DNA of 64,000 bases from a virus. Each line of letters opens with the position of its first letter. The stretch's first letter is position 1. The DNA lies in the IMG/VR virus record IMGVR_UViG_3300009103_000012, positions 1-64,000 of that record; one strand, given 5' to 3'. The position numbers were made by a program, and so were the translations under genes. Shown here piece by piece: positions 1 through 8,270 of this stretch. The notes beneath the pieces were generated by a model. The model searched no databases, was not told the origin of the DNA, and saw only the letters and a list, made by a program, of their open reading frames with translations.

Positions 1-579
1 CCATGTGGATTGATCTAAAACATAAGGAATATTCCTCGCCATTTTTTCGCCAAACTCACTACCACGCTTAAGTTTTCCATAGCGACTATAATCTTTTGAC
101 GTTGTCGGTAACTTGTTGATTCCAGAAGACTTCTTTCGTTGTTCATATTCTTTTTCTGACACGGTACTCGTCAAACCCGGGATATAATCCTCCCAGTGAC
201 CACTATAAAGCTGGTCCATGTCATTAGTTGCCAGAGTAATCCGGCCCTTTACCCACAAGCCATAGTCCATCAAGCCATCAAAGTTTTCTCCTGAAAGTGT
301 CATAGTAGTAGAAAGTTCATCTTTTCCTTTACCAGCCAGCGCTTCCATGTCATAGATCTCACCAGTCCAGTGAACGGTGTCTAGAGTAGAAAGCCATTGA
401 TGGTCTGCATTTGCACTAAATGCGCGCTTAATCGCTTTTGCTCCACCCTTACCCGGGTTACCACCAAAGAATGGCTGGCCTTCTTCGCCGAACTCTTCTG
501 ATGCGGCGGCAAGGTCGTGCACAAACCCCATCGGGTCTTCTTTGAGCAACTCTCTTATATATTCACGGAGTAGGTTCAT
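1..579 (-). CDS. Hypothetical protein with MNLLREYIRELLKE leader (runs off window edge)
   Basis: Not in ORF track; read manually from ATG at 579, which overlaps the TGA of the upstream gene (ATGA): MNLLREYIRELLKEDPMGFVHDLAAASEE..., open to position 1. Confidence 0.8.
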   Translation of the reverse strand, partial: MNLLREYIRELLKEDPMGFVHDLAAASEEFGEEGQPFFGGNPGKGGAKAIKRAFSANADHQWLSTLDTVHWTGEIYDMEALAGKGKDELSTTMTLSGENFDGLMDYGLWVKGRITLATNDMDQLYSGHWEDYIPGLTSTVSEKEYEQRKKSSGINKLPTTSKDYSRYGKLKRGSEFGEKMARNIPYVLDQSTW

Positions 580-1103
580 CCCATACCTGCCCATTTCTTG
601 AGCCAAGCTAGCGACCTTGCACCTTGGTCGCCGAAGGCGGTATGGTGACCCCATGGGTGCGGAACAATGCTCCAAAGTGCTTTCGTAGCAACATGCACAA
701 GATGATCGTGTAGTTCGTCCGAAATAGTGGGATATAATCCTGTCATTGCGATCTCATCTTGGAGATGCCGTTGGGTTGTCTCCAGTTGCATTTCGGCATC
801 TTTAGCTGTAAAGTTCTTAGCCGGTGTTTTCTTAAATTCTTCTCCGTATTTTTCAACATCTTCGATTAGCTGGATAGCGCCATGAATAATGGTCTCAAAA
901 ATCTCAGAGAGTGGTTTCCCATCTTTATCAGTCGCTCCTACCATCTCAGCCAACTGAAGCCCTTGGGCGCCACTGCCCCAAAATATATTGGTAAGCTTGG
1001 TTACCTCTTTTTCATTATTGAGCATGTCTTCGATTGAGGCTGTCTTCTCCTCTGTGCTGGCTTCAGTAAGCATTTCTCTTATGTATTCACGGAGTAGGTT
1101 CAT
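576..1103 (-). CDS. Hypothetical leader-bearing protein, paralog of 1100..1609
   Basis: Start moved to MNLLREYIREMLTE (ATGA overlap at 1100-1103); shares GSGxQxLxLAEMxG and C-terminal KxWAG with neighbour. Confidence 0.8.
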   Translation of the reverse strand: MNLLREYIREMLTEASTEEKTASIEDMLNNEKEVTKLTNIFWGSGAQGLQLAEMVGATDKDGKPLSEIFETIIHGAIQLIEDVEKYGEEFKKTPAKNFTAKDAEMQLETTQRHLQDEIAMTGLYPTISDELHDHLVHVATKALWSIVPHPWGHHTAFGDQGARSLAWLKKWAGMG

Positions 1104-1609
1104 GCAACACCTGCCCACATCTTTATCTTGTCTAAATCCTGCTTTGACTTTGTTTCTGAGGCGACATTGTAGCTGTCAAAATCTATACCGTGATACCAGA
1201 TATTATCTGCCATCTCATATATGCTGTCTATCCAATGGTCATCAGGCTCAAACCAGCTATTCCATGTATCGGCAGACATCTCTGGTACATCTTTCTCTAA
1301 AGCATCAGCTAACTTATCTAGCTTCTTTTTCTTCATGGCTCCGTTTTGGATATCTTCTATAGCATTTTCAATCTTTGCTATTCTATCTCTGATCGGATCT
1401 ATAATCTTGTGGAACTCAGCCGCCATCTCATCATTGCCAGTCATTTCTGCCAATTCCAGAGCCTGAACTCCACTACCCATAAAAGCATCCATTAATTTGA
1501 TTTCATCTTCGGTCGGCTCTCGACCCTCAAACGCAGTCCATTTCCAGTCAGGACTTTTTGACATCGCCTCAGCAATAATACTTCTAAGTTGTCTACGTGT
1601 TATCTTCAT
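1100..1609 (-). CDS. Hypothetical leader-bearing protein (MKITRRQLRSIIAE)
   Basis: ORF track; paralogous to 576..1103. Confidence 0.8.
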   Translation of the reverse strand: MKITRRQLRSIIAEAMSKSPDWKWTAFEGREPTEDEIKLMDAFMGSGVQALELAEMTGNDEMAAEFHKIIDPIRDRIAKIENAIEDIQNGAMKKKKLDKLADALEKDVPEMSADTWNSWFEPDDHWIDSIYEMADNIWYHGIDFDSYNVASETKSKQDLDKIKMWAGVA

Positions 1610-1610
1610 A

Positions 1611-3224
1611 TTATTCCCACGTTACCACGATGTGCTGGTGTTCTTCATCAACATCTGTAATTCTTAATTCCTGATTAGAAGAACGATAATCCTCATAATG
1701 TGCCATTGCATCATCAAAATGTTTTTGGGTCGGCGGATGGTCTCTAGCGGATTCACCCCAGACATGTCCAATAGAGTAACCACCAAGAGCAGCGAATGCC
1801 ATATATTCCGGTGACGTTGCTTGATCGTAGTTTAATTCTGCTACGAGAACATCACCGGTCTCGCCATCTAGAAGATCCCACATGAACAAATCAGGATGTC
1901 GACTTACCTCTGGACCCATCATATATGCTAGCTCCTGGGCCTGCTCCCATTCGTCTGCATCCCAGAGTTGCATAATCTTGGCAACTTCTTCTCTTGATTC
2001 CCTTAGTAAACGCCTTATGTATCGACGAAGAAGAATACGGCTTTCCCCAACAATCTCATCATATGCGTTCATCTCAGCATCAATCAATGCTTTTCCAAGA
2101 TCTGGACCTTTTATCCCTTGAGCCATAAGCTCTTGCGGATCGCCTGCTTTTGGAGCAGCAACATAATCTAAAAACTTTTTAACAGCAGCTGGGGTCGGAG
2201 TACCAACAATCGCCGCGAACTCTGTAACCACGGCAGGATCGAGCTTAAATCGCTTAAAGTCTTTTTTAAGCTGAGGGGCGGTCTCTCTTGACATACCCTT
2301 AAGCGCCACAAGAAATTGGATCAGCTTCGTCTCCTCATTTGAGTATTTCATATTTTTTAGAACTGGACCAACTGCATCAGGATCATTGTCTCCCAATAGC
2401 GAAGCTATCTGAACATTGGCGTTTTGTGTTGTTGATCCAGATATTCCAACATCAAGACCTGGAAAGATCTGCTCAAATAATTCCAGCTCTTCCGTCAACT
2501 GAAGAAAATAGCCGATATCCTGCGCGGATGTTATTCCCTTAATGAATTCATCTCTTATCCGTTCGGGAGAAACTTGCCTCAGTTCATTGTCGTCGAGAAT
2601 CGCCTGCTTCGTTTCCTCATCAAGCTCAGACCCAGTACGACCTGCAAATCGAACTGCTCGTAAAATTCGAAGCGGGTCTTCAGCGAATCTATCAGCTGCG
2701 GCACCAACAGGTCGAACAATACCGTCTTCAATATCCTGAATACCCCCAACGAAATCAATAACTTCCTGAGCCGCCATATCATAGAAAAGAGCGTTCATTG
2801 TAAGATCTCTACGTTGGGCGTCAGTTTCCATATCTGTAAAACTAACAGAATCCGGACGTCGACCAGAACCCATGTCTTCTCTAAATGTAGCAACTTCATA
2901 TTCATTTCCGGCAGGTGTCTTTACAAGCACCACACCAAATGCCTCGCCAACCGGCTTGATTTGAAGCTGCGGATCTCGTTTGAGGATCTTGGTAACTTTC
3001 TCCGGCGGAGCGTTCGTGGCCACGTCATAGTCTTTTGGTGACTGACCCATGAGAGCATCGCGGACTGCGCCACCAACAAGATAAAGCTCTTGCCCAGCGG
3101 ACTCCATCCTCTTTTGAATATTCTGGAGATCAGCAGGTATCGATATGCTAAGCGATTGACGAATCGGACCTTGGTCAGCTGTTTCTACTATCATTTTTAT
3201 GTATTCATGTAGTAGGGGCATCAC
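1611..3224 (-). CDS. Class II tRNA nucleotidyltransferase (CCA-adding/poly(A) polymerase family) with appended C-terminal domain
   Basis: LYLVGGAVRD..KDYDVAT, EVATFR, RRDLTMNALFYD, RFAEDPLRILRAVRF, ERIRDEF motifs. Confidence 0.9.
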   Translation of the reverse strand: MMPLLHEYIKMIVETADQGPIRQSLSISIPADLQNIQKRMESAGQELYLVGGAVRDALMGQSPKDYDVATNAPPEKVTKILKRDPQLQIKPVGEAFGVVLVKTPAGNEYEVATFREDMGSGRRPDSVSFTDMETDAQRRDLTMNALFYDMAAQEVIDFVGGIQDIEDGIVRPVGAAADRFAEDPLRILRAVRFAGRTGSELDEETKQAILDDNELRQVSPERIRDEFIKGITSAQDIGYFLQLTEELELFEQIFPGLDVGISGSTTQNANVQIASLLGDNDPDAVGPVLKNMKYSNEETKLIQFLVALKGMSRETAPQLKKDFKRFKLDPAVVTEFAAIVGTPTPAAVKKFLDYVAAPKAGDPQELMAQGIKGPDLGKALIDAEMNAYDEIVGESRILLRRYIRRLLRESREEVAKIMQLWDADEWEQAQELAYMMGPEVSRHPDLFMWDLLDGETGDVLVAELNYDQATSPEYMAFAALGGYSIGHVWGESARDHPPTQKHFDDAMAHYEDYRSSNQELRITDVDEEHQHIVVTWE

Positions 3225-3783
3225 AATCTCCTGCTTTTATTAGCTCTTCAACCCCCTGCGCGTTCCAGATACATCCTGATGCTACATCCCAACCGTAATA
3301 CCAAAAAGCATCGTCGTCCATCCTCTTGCTGCTTAAGTACGGACAGATCTCTATCCCTGAATAATGCTCTGCGACTTTTGGCCAGTCGATCATCTTATCG
3401 AGCCCCTTACTACCATCAGGATCAGCAGGATGATTTACGCTGTACATCTTAGCAAACTTTTCGAAATGGTGGTCATCGGTGATGTGCAATATATAGTAGC
3501 CGTCATCTTTGAGAATAACATTGTAGGTGCTATCATACTTGTCATAACCGGACGTCAATCCAACCGTACAAAACTCTTCCCATGTCTCCGAGCTTCCGTC
3601 TTGACACTCATACCAAAGACCATTTGGCTTGGGTCCAATCTCCTGGGAAAACCCACTAATCTGTGGCTCGGTACCTGATCGAGTGCCTTCTCGAGAATGA
3701 TGGATCCTCATCTTGTCTTGAGCATAAATCGGAAAATGAGATTCATTGATTAACTCTCTCATATACTGGCGTAGAAGACTCAT
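3205..3783 (-). CDS. Hypothetical leader-bearing protein (KPxGLW...WDVASGCIWN), possibly ART-like fold
   Basis: ORF track; MSLLRQYMRELINE leader; fold call is a weak inference. Confidence 0.7.
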   Translation of the reverse strand: MSLLRQYMRELINESHFPIYAQDKMRIHHSREGTRSGTEPQISGFSQEIGPKPNGLWYECQDGSSETWEEFCTVGLTSGYDKYDSTYNVILKDDGYYILHITDDHHFEKFAKMYSVNHPADPDGSKGLDKMIDWPKVAEHYSGIEICPYLSSKRMDDDAFWYYGWDVASGCIWNAQGVEELIKAGDCDAPTT

Positions 3784-4298
3784 GCTTTAACCTTCCCAAG
3801 ACTGAATGCAACAGGCTTAAACTTTTGCCACATCTTACCGCCCTTCTTATCAGCAATAAAAACTTGGACTGCGGAGATGTCTATCTCTTCGCCTTTTGGA
3901 ATTCGTACTTCACTCTCATCTTCAAACATTGGTGGCTCTTCACCTGTTACTGTTGGGTCATACCCAAAGTCATTCGGGATCTTGCCAACAAACATCACAT
4001 GGAGAGTGCTACCTCTATTCTTTGCAGACCATGCATCCGCAAAATTGGCGGCAACATCTTGGTTGGTGGTCCATGATTCACCGATCTCTTCATTTTGCAG
4101 CTGTCCCATGATAAAAGAGCCAGCTTCACGCTCACTCATCCCCGCAGGCTTGTCTTGCGCTATCCTTCTTATCGCTCGAGCTAAACCATCATTGCCCATA
4201 TCAATTTTCATGCCGCGATAGATGTACTTTAAGCCTGGACCTGCGGAATTATCTTTTTCCGTGATCAACTCTCTTATGTATTCGCGGAGGAGATTCAT
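3780..4298 (-). CDS. Putative ADP-ribosyltransferase, R-S-E class
   Basis: YIYRGM, GESWTT, EDESEV motifs in canonical order; MNLLREYIRELITE leader. Confidence 0.7.
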   Translation of the reverse strand: MNLLREYIRELITEKDNSAGPGLKYIYRGMKIDMGNDGLARAIRRIAQDKPAGMSEREAGSFIMGQLQNEEIGESWTTNQDVAANFADAWSAKNRGSTLHVMFVGKIPNDFGYDPTVTGEEPPMFEDESEVRIPKGEEIDISAVQVFIADKKGGKMWQKFKPVAFSLGKVKA

Positions 4299-5500
4299 TA
4301 GTAATTCCTTGCGCCTATTGTATCGACATCAGGATACTTATCAACCATCTTGTCTTTTATATGTCCGATTGCGGGATGCATCATCTTACCAAAGCTAACG
4401 TTGTCTCCAGGTTGTACTACGTTTTCATAGAAATGCTCGACAAGTTTACTTGCTGTCCCTTGGCCACGACTATCACTTCGATTTTTCATATAGTCGATAT
4501 ACCAATATGTACTTCCATCAGAATTCTTGGCGTGTTGATGATAGTCTAAAAATCCAATGACACAGACATCACTAACACCCGGAACAATTTCTTCAAGAAC
4601 CGGTTTTTTGAGCTTTCTTCCGGTCGATGAGCGTTTTCGCCATCTTTCCCATTCCTTAAAGTAGGGATCATGATGCTCTGGTGGCTCTGTAACTGCTTTG
4701 TCACAATATGCAATACGCTTTACATTACTTGAGCGAGAATACTTCAGCGGAGAATCTAGTTCATGGAACTCAACACCTTCGCTAAGCAAGCCGATGGCTT
4801 CTGCTAAGCCCATCTTTTTATACCAATTGGTAATCACATCATTTGTGTTTTGTCCAACCCAATTTTTCTTTTGTCGGCCTTTGGCTTTTCCGTCTTGACC
4901 CATCGTCTTTCGATCGGCTTTGTTCCAGCCGTACTCGTTAACTTCGATTAACAAGTCTCTCACATATCGTCTTAAGGCCGCTTCTTGGACTGGGTCATCA
5001 AGCACGCATGGATCTTTTAACGCTTCACCGACAAAGTGCGGAATAGCTTCGAGACCTGCATCTTCTGCAACTTTCATAAAATGGTCTAAGTGGTCGGATC
5101 GATCTTCCCAAACTTGTACAGTTTGAAGATCTGGGAACTTTTGAATAAACTGCTCTAGCATCGATGACTTCCAAGCCATTGTTCTTCCACCGGGCTTCAA
5201 GTGAATCTCATCAAAAGACAGACCAGCTGATGAGACAAGCTCTGAAACTCTCGCATGCAATTCGGGAGACATCCCTCTGCCTGTCATAAGAACAACATAG
5301 GCTTCAGGACGATTGATTGCTTCAGCTGCGGCAGAAACAGAGCCTCCGATCCATAAGGGACCAGGATCAATAACACATGGGGGAGTTAAAGACTGGAGAG
5401 TATCGAACCACTGACCTGTATGACCTTCCCAATCATCAGGGAACATTGGGCTCATGAAAAGAGTTGCGTCAAAATCAAATATACAAAGCTCAGTTATCAT
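4298..5500 (-). CDS. HAD phosphatase (RNA-repair-like HAD) fused to C-terminal GNAT-like acetyltransferase
   Basis: IFDFDATLFMSP, LMTGR, VWEDR (HAD motifs); WYIDYM..RSDSRGQGTASKLV (GNAT motif A). Confidence 0.75.
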   Translation of the reverse strand: MITELCIFDFDATLFMSPMFPDDWEGHTGQWFDTLQSLTPPCVIDPGPLWIGGSVSAAAEAINRPEAYVVLMTGRGMSPELHARVSELVSSAGLSFDEIHLKPGGRTMAWKSSMLEQFIQKFPDLQTVQVWEDRSDHLDHFMKVAEDAGLEAIPHFVGEALKDPCVLDDPVQEAALRRYVRDLLIEVNEYGWNKADRKTMGQDGKAKGRQKKNWVGQNTNDVITNWYKKMGLAEAIGLLSEGVEFHELDSPLKYSRSSNVKRIAYCDKAVTEPPEHHDPYFKEWERWRKRSSTGRKLKKPVLEEIVPGVSDVCVIGFLDYHQHAKNSDGSTYWYIDYMKNRSDSRGQGTASKLVEHFYENVVQPGDNVSFGKMMHPAIGHIKDKMVDKYPDVDTIGARNY

Positions 5501-5501
5501 C

Positions 5502-5801
5502 TCATCCTCTACGAACGGTATACGATCTTCCCGCTGGGTTTAACATGGGAGCCAACTGATCCATAGTCTTCTTGAGAATGTCGCCTTCCTCCCATGTTGG
5601 GCCAGAATTTGTGCAGCGATAACCAACCACCTTACCCTGATCATCTGGCAACTCTTCAACAGACACGACTGTGCCCTCGCTACCTTTATGTCTACAATTA
5701 TCATTAACATTCATAATCATATCACCCTCTTTTGGTTCGAATGAATGACTTTGATATGTTTCTTTGATAAGAGCCCTAATGTACTCTCGTAAGATCTTCA
5801 T
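5502..5801 (-). CDS. Small leader-bearing SH3/KOW-like protein
   Basis: MKILREYIRALIKE leader; KEGDMI..GSEGTVVSV pattern. Confidence 0.7.
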   Translation of the reverse strand: MKILREYIRALIKETYQSHSFEPKEGDMIMNVNDNCRHKGSEGTVVSVEELPDDQGKVVGYRCTNSGPTWEEGDILKKTMDQLAPMLNPAGRSYTVRRG

Positions 5802-5805
5802 ACAC

Positions 5806-6552
5806 TTATCCCCGCAATACAGACATAAGTATTTTGCGGAGACGGTCTTTTATATTCTCTGTACAGGTTTCTGGGCTGGAAGCCGAACCATTGGCAACTT
5901 GATAGGCGGAAATCTTGACATCAGGCGAATACTGCTTACAAAGTTGAGCTACAGCACGGACATTTCTTTCACTATCGTCGTAAAAAATTAACTCTTCTGG
6001 CTGGTGCTTGTCGAGGTACCCAGCAAGTACCGAAGCCTTTCCAGCTGGTGTTTCGCCATCCATATCCCCCACTGTGTGTAACTGATTGTCAGATATACCG
6101 ATTCCATTATCATTAAGGAACTGAATGATCTGCTGCCTATTCTGGGGTGTTATATTCGCTCCCTGAGCTGGACTGTACATATCTTTACTTCCAGCTCTTG
6201 CGGTAACAACCAAAGCGAGCGTCTCAGGGTCCGCTTGAGCTTCAGATAATTTACTCAACATGGAACTGATGCCTTTCGATAACGTCATATCAATGGAGGC
6301 TGTACCAGAATAGTCTATTTCATCTTCTGAACCTTTTGGTACGGGTAATTCTTCAAAAAGAGCAAAATTCGCTGAATCTAACCACCAGAATCCGTGTTCA
6401 TTTCTTACATATTGAATATTGTTGTCTAACAGAAAGTCCTCGAATGACTTATCGGGCGTTCCATCTGCCAAAAGTCGACGAACCCCAATGGTGGAAACCG
6501 TTTGAGCTAGAGTGTCGTCAAAATCAAAAGCTATGATTCTCTTAATAGGCAT
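5806..6552 (-). CDS. HAD-superfamily hydrolase
   Basis: IAFDFDDTL, VVTAR, K, IFYDDSERN. Confidence 0.8.
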   Translation of the reverse strand: MPIKRIIAFDFDDTLAQTVSTIGVRRLLADGTPDKSFEDFLLDNNIQYVRNEHGFWWLDSANFALFEELPVPKGSEDEIDYSGTASIDMTLSKGISSMLSKLSEAQADPETLALVVTARAGSKDMYSPAQGANITPQNRQQIIQFLNDNGIGISDNQLHTVGDMDGETPAGKASVLAGYLDKHQPEELIFYDDSERNVRAVAQLCKQYSPDVKISAYQVANGSASSPETCTENIKDRLRKILMSVLRG

Positions 6553-6557
6553 ATCCC

Positions 6558-6564
6558 TAAATAT
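6558..6564 (-). promoter_or_regulatory. ATATTTA motif, putative late-promoter -10 element heading the 6552->1 operon
   Basis: TAAATAT on + strand, 5 nt before the ATG; same motif precedes many leader-bearing genes. Confidence 0.55.
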
Positions 6565-6595
6565 ATTGTAGAAAAGTACAGTGGTTTGTACAGAT

Positions 6596-7477
6596 CTAGC
6601 TTTCTGGACGCTCTATGACTTTAATATTGATCTGAGGCTTATAATCCTCAGGGGTTTTATCCATAACTCCCTCAAAGTCACACTCATCAGGGAAATAGTA
6701 AAAAATAAACTCTTTTTTAGGGAGATGCATGGCAACTTGTGATGTAGTGGCCATTCCACTATCAGGTTCAGTCCTACGTAGCATGTTATTGTTTGATCCT
6801 GGCTCAAAATTTTGCTGAGCAAGAGCGGGGGCAATCTCTTCAAAGTCTGCGATGTCTGATAGCTCTACTTCGGCCTGGGCTTTTCGTATTTTGGAAGACA
6901 TATAGTCTTCCGGGCGCCGCTCTGGGGAATAACCGGCGCCATCATGATCCATTCCATGATTAGTACGTACATCAAACCCTGTGGTAGGATCAAGCGGTGT
7001 AATTACGGGAGTGTGAGCTGATGACATCTCAATACTGTATAAAGACTGTGGGTTTCCAACGAATGTGTGCCCCTTGATGCCGCCCATAAAGCCGACGAGA
7101 GACTTTATCGCTTCATCTATATCTTGATACTGTAATGCGTTTATCATTCTTGGACCATCGTCAGAATTAACTTTGCCCTTCGTCTTATCTTTTGCTTTCT
7201 CATCATCAGCAATAGAAAGAGCAGAATTAATGACACCTAAGCCGTGGGAATTCATGCCTTCGGCATAACCTGTATCTAAATCTTCAAAATAAACGATCTC
7301 CGTACCATCATCAAGTAAGTCTCGTATAATCTTAACACGAGCATGATAATTTCTATCACGTGATTTTGCCAAAACATGATCGCCATCTACTTCCCCACCG
7401 ACGATGATGCATTCATCAATTCTTTTATAGTTCTGAAGCCGTGACATTACTGCTTCTAACAACCGAAGTTCGTCCAT
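6596..7477 (-). CDS. Ntn-hydrolase (Cys nucleophile; peptidase C45/C69-like)
   Basis: E-CIIVG...LAKSRDR, EGMNSHGL, RTNH pattern; start moved to MDELRLLE, which has a GAGG RBS. Confidence 0.7.
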   Translation of the reverse strand: MDELRLLEAVMSRLQNYKRIDECIIVGGEVDGDHVLAKSRDRNYHARVKIIRDLLDDGTEIVYFEDLDTGYAEGMNSHGLGVINSALSIADDEKAKDKTKGKVNSDDGPRMINALQYQDIDEAIKSLVGFMGGIKGHTFVGNPQSLYSIEMSSAHTPVITPLDPTTGFDVRTNHGMDHDGAGYSPERRPEDYMSSKIRKAQAEVELSDIADFEEIAPALAQQNFEPGSNNNMLRRTEPDSGMATTSQVAMHLPKKEFIFYYFPDECDFEGVMDKTPEDYKPQINIKVIERPES

Positions 7478-7572
7478 GAAGGGTGCCTCTTTAAAAAGCG
7501 CGAAGATATCTCTAAATATGTCGTAAAAACTACGATGTCGATAAATATAATAAGAAAGATCAAACATTTAAC

Positions 7573-7910
7573 GGGGGCGTAACGGCTTCGACGGGGTAGA
7601 ATCAAGGGGAGAGTGCAAGCGGGTAAGAAACGGCCCCTAATCGTTCAAAAACAATAGTTGCAAATAACAACAACCACTTCGAAGAGCGCTTAGCCGCTTA
7701 ATCGGGTGGCTGCCTAAAGCCATCTATCCAATTTAGGCTTGAGCAGTTGGTCCTGCCGAGAAATAAAAGCCCACCAGTCCTCACTCGGTCACAGCAGAGG
7801 CGAAAAAGGCAGTGACTATCCTACTGGCCGGAGAAATGACCAGACAAGCTTGTGGATGACTCAAACTAAGACTATTGCGGACGCGGGTTCGACTCCCGCC
7901 GCCTCCACCA
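7573..7910 (+). ncRNA. ssrA: tmRNA; tag peptide ANNNNHFEERLAA (7660-7701)
   Basis: 5' GGGGGCG pairs with 3' CGCCTCC-A-CCA including the G3-U alanine wobble; GGcTTCGAC 5' motif; T-arm GGTTCGACTCC; tag ORF begins GCA and ends LAA-stop. Confidence 0.95.
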
Positions 7911-7946
7911 TTTTTATATTCTTCTCGTATCATTTACAATATTTGC

Positions 7947-8213
7947 ATGAGCGAAAAGAAAACAAAATACCTATGTAGCATTTACAAAGATCGTCCTGAA
8001 ACATGCAGAAAATATCCTTGGAATCACGCAAATCAGATTTTCGCCGAATGTATTTTCTTGGATAAAGAAAATCAAAAATTAAGAACCATGGATGAGCAGC
8101 TCAAGCTTAACACTGAGAATGAAATCAGTGACTATTGTGTTGAGTGTGGAAGGTGCTGTTTCTTTGGACCAGCAGCTTGCTCTATGTTACGCATAGTTAA
8201 TGAAGATAATTAA
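7947..8213 (+). CDS. Cys-rich YkgJ/CxxCxxCC-family protein, motif blocks in swapped order
   Basis: CSIYKDRPETCRKYP precedes CVECGRCC..CSML; start moved to ATG 7947, outside the tmRNA. Confidence 0.75.
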   Translation: MSEKKTKYLCSIYKDRPETCRKYPWNHANQIFAECIFLDKENQKLRTMDEQLKLNTENEISDYCVECGRCCFFGPAACSMLRIVNEDN

Positions 8214-8270
8214 CCACAAAACCGCATATTTAAGTAGGAGAGTATGGGGTCAGGTTAACGGAGAACAAAT

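Noticed and set aside
7875-7946. Stand-alone tRNA at 7880-7910, and the ORF-track start at 7875
   Set aside because: The T-arm and CCA belong to the tmRNA 3' end; the CDS more plausibly starts at ATG 7947.
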